A model generated the notes under the pieces. That model ran no database searches. It worked only from the letters and a program-made list of their open reading frames with translations, and was not told where the DNA came from. 64,000 nt of DNA from Sedimentisphaerales bacterium (GTDB lineage: Bacteria > Planctomycetota > Phycisphaerae > Sedimentisphaerales > SM23-30): the NCBI GenBank assembly GCA_963666285.1, contig OY762711.1; one strand, given 5' to 3'. Position numbers and translations under genes: made by a program. Positions 21,166-29,844 of the stretch are shown one piece after another. Positions within the stretch are counted from its first letter, which is position 1; the number at the start of each line of letters is the position of its first letter.

Positions 21166-23610
21166 ATGAAAACAACAAGAATGATTTTGGTTTTTTTTGT
21201 GTTAATGGCAAGTTCTATGGCATATTCTGCCCAGAATGTAAAAGTTGATATCTTTACTAAACAGGTGGGACCTGATTTGAGTCCTGAACTGTACGGCCTG
21301 TTTTTTGAAGATATTAATTTTGCCGCAGATGGTGGTCTTTATGCTGAGTTAGTCCAGAACAGGTCTTTTGAATATTACCCGGTAGAAGGTGGAAACAGGC
21401 TTAGCAGGCAATATCAACCTCTATTTGCCTGGGAAAAGGTTGAAAAAGGTGGTGGCCGCTGTAGTTTGCAGGTTGATAAAATAATACCACTGAATCGGAA
21501 TAACCCAAATTATCTTGTTATAAGAATAGAGCAGCCGGGTGATGGCGTAGGGGTAAAGAATAGCGGTTTTCAGGGAATTTGTTTGGATAAAGGGGAAAAA
21601 TATGATTTTTCATTTTATGCCCGCAGAACCGGCCGTGGCGGAGCTCCAGTCAGTGTAAGCCTGGTTGATGGAGAAGGAAATGAATGTGGTTCCGTATCTT
21701 TTGATCGTATCATAAATGACTGGCGTAAATATGAGGCGGTTATTACTTCTGATAAAACTGTTGATGATGCATCTTTAGTAATCACAACTAAAGGTAATGG
21801 CACTCTTTATCTCGATATGGTGTCATTGTTTCCTCAGAAAACGTATAATAACAGGAAAAATGGGCTGAGAGCGGACCTGGTACAGGCACTGAAGGATTTG
21901 AATCCTAAGTTCTTCCGCTTTCCGGGAGGCTGTATTGTTCACGGTCATGGTCTGGAAAATGCATATCGCTGGAAAGACAGTGTAGGGGATGTTGCCGAGA
22001 GAAAAGGAAACTGGAACCGCTGGGGCTACCATCAGACATATGGTTTGGGTTACTTTGAATATATGCAGTTATGCGAAGATATTGGTGCGACTCCATTGCC
22101 TGTACTGCCGGTTGGTGTGTCCTGTGGCTTTAATGATCCGTATCAGTGTGTGCCGATGGATGAGCTTCAGCCATGGATTGATGATGCTGTTGACCTGATA
22201 GAATTTGCCAATGGTCCAACCACGAGTAAATGGGGTAAACTTCGTAGTAAAATGGGCCATCCTGAACCATTTAATCTGAAATATATTTGTCTGGGAAATG
22301 AAGAGCATGACAGGCGTGAATTCCATGAACGAATGCCTTTGTTTGTAGAAGCGGTAAGAAAAGCCCATCCGGAGATCAAAATACTCGGTACTTCGGGCCT
22401 TAGTGCCAATATTCCGATGTATTCTTTTATGAAAGATCTAGGAGTTTACAGCTCAGATGAACATTATTATGAAAGCCCTGAATGGTTTATCAATAATGCC
22501 AGAAGGTTTGACTCATTTGACAGAAGCGGGCCTAAAATATTTGTTGGTGAATATGCCTCGCATTCAAATATGGGTAATGCCATGTATAATGCTGTTTCAG
22601 AAGCAGCGTTTCTTACCGGTGTTGAGAGAAATGGTGATATCGTTGATATGACCTGCTATGCTCCGCTTTTTGCCAAGTATGAGCGTACTCAATGGGCGGC
22701 AGCGGATTTGATCTGGTTTACTAATCGTGAAGTGGTAAAAACGCCAAGCTATTATGTTCAGCAGATGTTTGGCTGCAATAAAGGAGATATGTATCTGCCG
22801 ACTAAGATTTCTAAGATGGCTTCTGCGGCACCTGAAACTGTTTCAGGTTGGGTTGGCATAGCCACATGGAGCACATCTATTGAAGTTGAAAGTGCTTATG
22901 TACAGGATAATAAAATTGATTTTAACAACATCAAAGTTTTGAGTGGCGATTTTGTGTTCAAGGTAAAAAATCTAGCTCAAATGAACCCAGATATTCAGCC
23001 GGCAATGGGTGTTTTTCCTGACAAATATGATTCTGATATTGTTGTTTACAAAGTCAGGGCTAAAAAGCTGCGTGGCGATGAAGGGTTTCTAATAGTTTTT
23101 GGCTATGAAAATGATAACAACTATTACTGGTGGAATGTTGGTGGTTGGAATAATACCCAGCATGCGATTGAAAAAGCTGTTGATGGTCAAAAATCAACTT
23201 TAATATCAAGAAACGGTTCTATCGAGACTGGCAAATGGTATGACCTTAGGGTAGAGCTTTCGCCTGGAAGGATTAAATGCTTTATTGATGACCAAATAAT
23301 TCACGATTGTGAACTTGAAAGACCGGAAATTTTTGCCGGATCAGCAATAGATAAAAAGAATAATGCTGTAATTGTTAAACTGGTAAATCCAACAGAAGAA
23401 GATGTTACTGCAAAGATTAACCTGGATGGTGTTCGTGAGTCTGATATGTCTGCAAAAGTACTTGAATTGACAGGTAAACGCAGTGATATCAATAACCTGG
23501 AGAATCCGGATAATGTTAAGACGCAAGAAAGTAGCATAAAAGTAGGCAGTCAGTTTGAAAGTCCGCTGCCGGCATGTTCAGTAAAGATGATAATAGTTGA
23601 TTTGAAATAA
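21166..23610 (+). CDS. GH51 alpha-L-arabinofuranosidase
   Basis: YGLFFEDINFAADGGLYAE, FRFPGGC, LGNEE, DEHYY, FVGEYA, ERNGD..CYAPL. Confidence 0.92.
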   Translation: MKTTRMILVFFVLMASSMAYSAQNVKVDIFTKQVGPDLSPELYGLFFEDINFAADGGLYAELVQNRSFEYYPVEGGNRLSRQYQPLFAWEKVEKGGGRCSLQVDKIIPLNRNNPNYLVIRIEQPGDGVGVKNSGFQGICLDKGEKYDFSFYARRTGRGGAPVSVSLVDGEGNECGSVSFDRIINDWRKYEAVITSDKTVDDASLVITTKGNGTLYLDMVSLFPQKTYNNRKNGLRADLVQALKDLNPKFFRFPGGCIVHGHGLENAYRWKDSVGDVAERKGNWNRWGYHQTYGLGYFEYMQLCEDIGATPLPVLPVGVSCGFNDPYQCVPMDELQPWIDDAVDLIEFANGPTTSKWGKLRSKMGHPEPFNLKYICLGNEEHDRREFHERMPLFVEAVRKAHPEIKILGTSGLSANIPMYSFMKDLGVYSSDEHYYESPEWFINNARRFDSFDRSGPKIFVGEYASHSNMGNAMYNAVSEAAFLTGVERNGDIVDMTCYAPLFAKYERTQWAAADLIWFTNREVVKTPSYYVQQMFGCNKGDMYLPTKISKMASAAPETVSGWVGIATWSTSIEVESAYVQDNKIDFNNIKVLSGDFVFKVKNLAQMNPDIQPAMGVFPDKYDSDIVVYKVRAKKLRGDEGFLIVFGYENDNNYYWWNVGGWNNTQHAIEKAVDGQKSTLISRNGSIETGKWYDLRVELSPGRIKCFIDDQIIHDCELERPEIFAGSAIDKKNNAVIVKLVNPTEEDVTAKINLDGVRESDMSAKVLELTGKRSDINNLENPDNVKTQESSIKVGSQFESPLPACSVKMIIVDLK

Positions 23611-23631
23611 TAGTATTGTGGAGATTATGTA

Positions 23632-25710
23632 ATGAAAAAAATGTTATTGTTTGTATTACTTCTGATTTTTTCAGCGTCGCTGCCTGCCCAGACAGGCGGC
23701 GATGCATTATATCTTTTTAATCGGGCACCTTTACTTGATAAGCCCTATACAGAGCTGCCTTTAGGGTCAGTTTCGCCTGAAGGCTGGCTGGAAGATGAGC
23801 TAAAACGTATGGCAAATGGTATGACCGGCCATCTGGATGAATGGTACCCGGAGGTTTGTGGTCCGCGAAATGCGTGGCTGGGTGGTGATGGTGATACCTG
23901 GGAAAGAGGTCCATACTGGATCGATGGTTTATATCCGCTGGCTAAACTGCTGAAAGATAAAGAGCTTGAGCAGAAAGCTCAGAAATGGGTAGATTGGACA
24001 TTGAATAACCAGCGTGAAGATGGTTATATTGGTCCAAGGCCGTTTGGTCCAGACGGCCCTCCAAAGAATCCGCCAAGAGGAGCCCAGGTGGAAGAGCCGG
24101 AAGACTGGTGGCCGAGAATGGTCATGCTGAAAATACTGCAGCAGCATTATATGGCGACCGGAGACAAGCGTGTAATTGACGTTATGACTAAGTATTTCCG
24201 TTACCAGCTTGAGCATTTGCCGGATGAACCTTTGGAAGCTCCTCGTGGTGGTAAAGGCGGCAGCTGGTGGGCTCGCCAGCGTGGCGGCGATAACCTTATG
24301 TCAGTATTGTGGTTGTATAATGTAACAGGTGATAAGTTTCTTCTCGAACTGGCAGATATCCTGTATAAACAGACATTACCCTGGACAGATTTATTTCTTG
24401 AAGGCGAAATTCTGGCTGTTCAAATGGAGTCACCGGCAGACCCGTACGGAAGGCATGTACTACACTGTGTAAATCTTGCCCAGGGTATAAAAACCCCGGC
24501 TATCCGATATCAGCAGGATAAATCCCCAGTTCAGCTAGATGCGTTAAAAAAAGCATTTAATGATATTCATGCGTATCACGGACAGCCGACAGGTTTGTAT
24601 GGTGGTGATGAAGAAATGCATGGTCCCGGACTTGATAGAGGTTCGGAATTCTGTACAGCAGTTGAGATGATGTTTTCGCTGGAAAAGATGATAGAAATTA
24701 CCGGTGATGTTCAGTTTGCTGATCACCTGGAGAAAATAGCTTATAATGCTTTGCCAACCCAGGCGAGCGATGATTATTATACCCGTCAGTATTTTCAGCA
24801 GTCTAACCAGGTATTGATTACCGCCGGTGACAGATCATTTGAAGATGATGGCGGATATAGAAATGTAAGCGGGCTGTTGCAGGGCTACCCGTGTTGTACT
24901 TGTAATTTTCATCAGGGCTGGCCAAAGTTTATCCAGCATATGTGGATGGCTTCGATTGACAGGGGGCTGGCAGCGATGGCGTATGGTCCAAGTACCATAA
25001 CAGCAAAAGTATCGAACGGGCAGGAAGTTACGATAAAAGAAGAAACTTACTATCCGTTTGAAGATACTATAAGGTTTACGGTCAGTGCCGGGGGAGAAGT
25101 TAAATTCCCGTTACATCTGCGAGTACCAGGCTGGTGTAATAATTCCAGGATAACAGTAAACGGTAAAGTTATGCCGCAGACTAAAGCAGGCCAGATAGCA
25201 ATTTTGAAGCGTACCTGGCAAGATGGTGATACGGTAGTGGTAACTTTGCCAATGGAGCTTAGAAAATCATACTGGTACCACCGTTCTGCTGCGATAGAGC
25301 GTGGTCCGCTGGTGTATGCCCTGCGAGTTGAGGAAGACTGGTCAGAGATATATCAGCCTGCTCCTGAAGGTGTTCCGGCAGATGGTATGCATCGCGGTTA
25401 TCGTGAATGCAGACCGGGTACGCCCTGGAATTATGCTTTGCTGAGAGATACACTGGATAACCTGGACAATAAAGTCAAGGTTATCGAGACAGGTAAAACG
25501 GAAGCTAACCCATGGAATCTTGAGAATGCCCCGATTGAGCTGGAAGTACCCGGGATAAGGCTGCCATACTGGACGATTTATAACAATTCAGCCGGTCCGG
25601 TACCGCTGTGTCCGGTAGAAAAGCCGGCAAATGCAGAATTAGAGACAATTAAGCTGGTTCCATATGGTTGTACTACATTGCGAATAAGTGGTTTTCCATG
25701 GATATGGTAA
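23632..25710 (+). CDS. GH127/GH146-like (DUF1680) beta-L-arabinofuranosidase
   Basis: WERGPYW, HCVN, GDE, EFCTAVE, YPCCTCNFHQGWPK, ERGPLVY, LVPYGCT. Confidence 0.85.
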   Translation: MKKMLLFVLLLIFSASLPAQTGGDALYLFNRAPLLDKPYTELPLGSVSPEGWLEDELKRMANGMTGHLDEWYPEVCGPRNAWLGGDGDTWERGPYWIDGLYPLAKLLKDKELEQKAQKWVDWTLNNQREDGYIGPRPFGPDGPPKNPPRGAQVEEPEDWWPRMVMLKILQQHYMATGDKRVIDVMTKYFRYQLEHLPDEPLEAPRGGKGGSWWARQRGGDNLMSVLWLYNVTGDKFLLELADILYKQTLPWTDLFLEGEILAVQMESPADPYGRHVLHCVNLAQGIKTPAIRYQQDKSPVQLDALKKAFNDIHAYHGQPTGLYGGDEEMHGPGLDRGSEFCTAVEMMFSLEKMIEITGDVQFADHLEKIAYNALPTQASDDYYTRQYFQQSNQVLITAGDRSFEDDGGYRNVSGLLQGYPCCTCNFHQGWPKFIQHMWMASIDRGLAAMAYGPSTITAKVSNGQEVTIKEETYYPFEDTIRFTVSAGGEVKFPLHLRVPGWCNNSRITVNGKVMPQTKAGQIAILKRTWQDGDTVVVTLPMELRKSYWYHRSAAIERGPLVYALRVEEDWSEIYQPAPEGVPADGMHRGYRECRPGTPWNYALLRDTLDNLDNKVKVIETGKTEANPWNLENAPIELEVPGIRLPYWTIYNNSAGPVPLCPVEKPANAELETIKLVPYGCTTLRISGFPWIW

Positions 25711-25810
25711 AGTTATAAAAGACTTTACAAAGTATATGTGACATTTATAGAATATAAAGTATTGTTTTTGCTACAACTTAATGCAACATTGAAAAAGTAC
25801 GGAGATCGAA

Positions 25811-28189
25811 ATGAATTTTAGAACTTTGATTGCGGTATTTGTATTGTTTTTGACAATTTCATTAAATTCAGTTCAGGCCCAGGTTGGACAGGAATTTGCC
25901 GGTAACCCGGTCTTTCCAGGCTGGTATGCCGATCCGGAGGTGATAATCTACGGAGATGAATACTGGATTTATCCAACATATTCAGCCCCGTATAATGAGC
26001 AGTTATTCTTTGACTGTTTTTCGTCAAAAAATCTGGTGGATTGGACCAGGCATTCCAAGATCCTGACTAATAAAGAGGTAAAATGGGCCTGGCGTGCGAT
26101 GTGGGCGCCAGGAGTTATATCGAAAGATGGTAAATATTACCTGTTTTTTACCGCTAATGATGTTCATCCGAACGAGATCGGCGGGATTGGCGTAGCAGTA
26201 GCCGATAGTCCGGGCGGTCCGTTTAAGGACCATATTGGCAAGCCCCTGATCAATCATATAGTGAATGGTGCTCAGCCTATTGACCAGTATATTTTCCTTG
26301 ATGATGATGGTACGTATTATATGTACTACGGCGGCTGGCGTCATTGTAATATAGTTAAACTAAACGAAGATTTTACCGGGCTGGTACCTTTTGATGATGG
26401 TCTGACCTACCGGGAAGTAACGCCGGATAACTATGTTGAAGGCCCATTCATGTTCAAAAGGGATGGCAAATATTACTTCATGTGGTCAGAAGGCGGCTGG
26501 ACAGGTCCGGATTATTCGGTAGCGTATGCAATAGCAGATTCGCCGTTTGGCCCGTTTAAACGAGAGGGAAAGATACTCAAGCAAGATCCGGAAATTGCGA
26601 CCGGAGCAGGTCATCATTCCTGTTTTAATATACCGGGAACAGACAAATGGTATATAGTTTATCATCGTCGTCCGCTAACAGAAACAGACGGCAACAGCAG
26701 GGTGACATGTATTGATGAGATGCATTTTGATGATAATGGTAAAATACTGCCGGTAAAAATGACAAATAAGGGTGTTAAATGGCAGACTATTGATGCTGTT
26801 GGAAAAGTATCGCAGGAAGGCGGTGCTGACTGGTCGACGTTTAAATATCCTGAAGTAATAATAGTTGATAAGGATAACGGTCAGAGTGAAGGTTCCAAGC
26901 TGGTAAAGAAGATGATTCCTGACCTAGAATCATTTATTAAAGATATTTCTTTGGGTGTCTGTAAAACCCTGTATAAATCGCCTGATGAAGTTCCGGCTTT
27001 TGAAACTCTGGTTTTTGAGTTAGAAGATACCGATGGTGTAGCTTATAAAATGGGTAATAACCCCAAGATCAAGATTCATATGAGTACCAGGTATCTTGCC
27101 GATCAGTATCGCAGGATGGGTGATGAAGCGATAACATATGAGATTGCCGGTATTAACTGGCATGAGCTGACCCATGCGTATCAACATTCTCCGAGAGCGA
27201 AAAGCCGAGAAGATCATTTTGGTGCAATTGAAGGTATGGCAGATGCTGTCAGGATAACAGCCGGTTATCATAAGACAAGAAAGCCTAGGCCGGGCGGTAA
27301 CTGGAACAGCGGCTATACAACAACCGGTTTCTTTATGGAGTGGTTACAAAATACCTATGATAAGGATTTTGTCTATAAGTTTAACCAATCATGCCGGGAT
27401 ATGAGGCCATGGAGCTGGGATAAGGCGTGTAATTCTATTGCAGGAAAAGGCATACAGTTGTTGTGGAATGAGTATCAGTGGCATCTGAAAGGCGGCGGCA
27501 GTGAGGCTGTGGCCCAATTTACAGTAAATAAAAACATTGTTGGTAAGGGCCAGGAAATAAAGCTGGAGAATACATCTTTTAATGAGCCGGAATCATACAA
27601 ATGGGAATTTCCAGGTGCGACCCCATCATCAAGTACAGATAAATCACCGGTAATAAAATATAATGCTGCCGGTCAGTATGATATAACCTTGTCAGCGACA
27701 AATAAAGATGGGAGTACCACCCAGACAGAAAAGGGATGTGTACTGGTTTTGGAAGAGAACGGTTCGATAGTAAGTCTGGCATCGATACGGGAAGGCATTT
27801 CGTGTGTGCCAGAGCGGGCGATGCCACGTGAAGGGGTAAGAAACCTGGTTGATGGTAATCCCGAGACGAAATATTGTACCCAGTCCAGGGCGTCACAGAT
27901 AATATATTCGCTGACAAAGCCGGCCCAGTTGTATGTGTATTCGATAACTTCTGCTAATGATGCACCTGGCAGGGATCCTGCCAGCTGGACACTTGAAGGA
28001 TCAAACGATAACAGCATCTGGGAGCCGATTGATACTCAAAAAGATGTTACTTTTGCCGGCAGGTATCAGAAGAAGCAGTTTTTAGTTAAGGGCAACAGTA
28101 AGAAATATACATATTACAGGTTAGATATGAGGTCTAAGAGTGATCCGATTTTTCAGTTTGCCGACCTTGAGCTTATAGGAGCATTCTAA
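25811..28189 (+). CDS. GH43 glycosidase fused to a BSP-type (HEXXH) metallopeptidase, PKD and discoidin-like domains
   Basis: GH43: YADP, MWAP, QPID, VEGP, AGHHS. Then WHELTHAYQ..EGMADAVR..GYTTTGFF. PKD: YKWEFPG..GQYDITL. C-terminal SANDAPGRDPASWTLEGS. Confidence 0.85.
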   Translation: MNFRTLIAVFVLFLTISLNSVQAQVGQEFAGNPVFPGWYADPEVIIYGDEYWIYPTYSAPYNEQLFFDCFSSKNLVDWTRHSKILTNKEVKWAWRAMWAPGVISKDGKYYLFFTANDVHPNEIGGIGVAVADSPGGPFKDHIGKPLINHIVNGAQPIDQYIFLDDDGTYYMYYGGWRHCNIVKLNEDFTGLVPFDDGLTYREVTPDNYVEGPFMFKRDGKYYFMWSEGGWTGPDYSVAYAIADSPFGPFKREGKILKQDPEIATGAGHHSCFNIPGTDKWYIVYHRRPLTETDGNSRVTCIDEMHFDDNGKILPVKMTNKGVKWQTIDAVGKVSQEGGADWSTFKYPEVIIVDKDNGQSEGSKLVKKMIPDLESFIKDISLGVCKTLYKSPDEVPAFETLVFELEDTDGVAYKMGNNPKIKIHMSTRYLADQYRRMGDEAITYEIAGINWHELTHAYQHSPRAKSREDHFGAIEGMADAVRITAGYHKTRKPRPGGNWNSGYTTTGFFMEWLQNTYDKDFVYKFNQSCRDMRPWSWDKACNSIAGKGIQLLWNEYQWHLKGGGSEAVAQFTVNKNIVGKGQEIKLENTSFNEPESYKWEFPGATPSSSTDKSPVIKYNAAGQYDITLSATNKDGSTTQTEKGCVLVLEENGSIVSLASIREGISCVPERAMPREGVRNLVDGNPETKYCTQSRASQIIYSLTKPAQLYVYSITSANDAPGRDPASWTLEGSNDNSIWEPIDTQKDVTFAGRYQKKQFLVKGNSKKYTYYRLDMRSKSDPIFQFADLELIGAF

Positions 28190-28359
28190 TAATGAGCAAG
28201 GTTATAGCCTTGACCAGAACCCGGAGACGAATAGAAACTGTAATGTCTAATGACCGTTAATTCTGAGCGGATAGGCCCTTGACAAATCGTTTTATATTCA
28301 ATTATTCAAAGAGCAAAATTTATTATTAAGACGAAGTTTTCGTCGTTGTTAAGTTTTAG

Positions 28360-28391
28360 AGAGAGCTGATTTTTATTGGTTCTCTTTTTTT
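28360..28391 (+). terminator. Intrinsic terminator ending the arabinosidase cluster
   Basis: AGAGAGCTGAT-tttt-ATTGGTTCTCT followed by a T-run. Confidence 0.55.
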
Positions 28392-28794
28392 GTTAGCTCT
28401 CTACTGTTGGATGGTATGTCGCAAGTGCGCTGATTTTTTGGGCGGGATGGTTGGTTTGGAAGCTTGTAAGGTGTTGGGGGTAAAGTGGATAATAATTTTG
28501 GAGAATTTGGATTTTCGCGATTTGGTGGTTGTAAAAACGCGGTGATTTTTTCGAGAAAATCAGTGGTCAGGTATCAGGTTTCAGATGCCAGGGAAGGTTG
28601 CTCGCTACCGCTCGCGGGTAATTGATGGGGGACGGAGGGAGTGCGGCATATATACGGGACATCGCGGCGGTAGGACGGCGGCGAAAAGGGAAACGGATTT
28701 GAGCGGCGGCGAATTGCGGGCTGCGGACAGTATACGGCGGAACGTTGAATGGGTGCGGCGGTATACGGACGGGAACGAAGCGGAGATGGGAAGG

Positions 28795-29650
28795 CAGGTA
28801 AAAAGTAATAGGTAAAAGGTAAGAGTTGAGGTGTCTTGTACCGTACGGTACAAGACCTTATTTTAAACGGCTGGCGGCGAACGACCAAAGGTCGTTAGAG
28901 ATTAGAGCAGATGAGCAGTAGAACAGGCAATCAGCTACGAGCAACGAGCGGCCAGCGGCCAGCAAGCAGCCAAGCTGCTAGAGATTAGAGGAGATGAGCA
29001 GCTAAACAGCAACGAGCGACCAGCGGCCAGCGGCCAGCAAGCAGCCAAGCTGCTAGAGATTAGAGGAGATGAGCAGCTAAACAGCAACGAGCGACCAGCG
29101 GCCAGTGAAGAGGAAATACGTGCTACGCACTGGGGCACATCATTGGACAAGTCCAATGATGTGAAGGTGTCGCTTACGCGACCTTTTTTAAACGGTTACG
29201 GGGTGTGAAGGAGGGGTAAAAAAACGGAATGAAATAGAAGAGTGGGGGGATATAAGGAAGAGTGCATGGCGGGTTTGGGAAAGTGTGCGGCGGTGAGGGG
29301 ATTTTGCGAGAATTGTTGTAAGTTATTGTTTTTTGATTGTGGGCGGACCAGAAAATAAGTGATGAGTGAAGAGTTAATAGTGAAGAATTGAGGTGTTCGC
29401 CTAACGGCTCATGACTTGTTTTAAAGCTGATGCCGAACGACCAAAGGTCGTTAGAGATTAGAGCAGGTGAGCAGTTGAACAGGCAATCAGCTACGAGCTA
29501 CGAGCGGCCAGTACATTAACTTCGTGCTGCGCACTGGGGCACATCATTGGACAAGTCCAATGATGTGAAGGTATCGCCTGGCGGCGATGGTATTTTTGTG
29601 TACTGATGCGAAAGTGTGGGTGATTTGCGAAAAGGTGTCTCTACGCGACA
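28795..29650. repeat. Composite REP-like region of heptamer runs and short hairpins with internal duplications
   Basis: Perfect 75-bp-period tandem 28947-29105; 28878-28955 matches 29434-29511 (3 mismatches); 29119-29168 matches 29523-29572 (1 mismatch); palindromes GTCTTGTACCGTACGGTACAAGAC, AACGACC-aaa-GGTCGTT, CACATCATTGGAC-aa-GTCCAATGATGTG. Confidence 0.9.
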
Positions 29651-29779
29651 GCTAGGGTATGTTCATTTAAACGGTACAGCTATTTGGGATAAAATACCCA
29701 GATTTGACAGTAATATATATGTTGCAGGTAATGATAGACTATTATGTTGAGTTGAAAATCAGAAATTTAGCTGATAGGC

Positions 29780-29820
29780 AAAAGAAAAACCCCGGGACAG
29801 GTTGTTCTATGCCGGGGTTT
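29780..29820 (-). terminator. Intrinsic terminator of the alpha/beta-hydrolase gene
   Basis: AAACCCCGG..CCGGGGTTT with a preceding A-run (U-tract on the minus strand). Confidence 0.65.
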
Positions 29821-29844
29821 GGATAATTTTAAAGGTAATAATAC

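Noticed and set aside
28574..29156. Short ORFs in the G-rich repeat region
   Set aside because: No recognisable motif or RBS; they overlap repeats and low-complexity sequence.
28878..29572. Possible CRISPR array
   Set aside because: No regular repeat-spacer periodicity with unique spacers and no cas genes.
29580..29612. GGCGATGGT resembling a fluoride riboswitch start
   Set aside because: It is the 3' arm of a repeat hairpin; the rest of the motif and a relevant downstream gene are absent.
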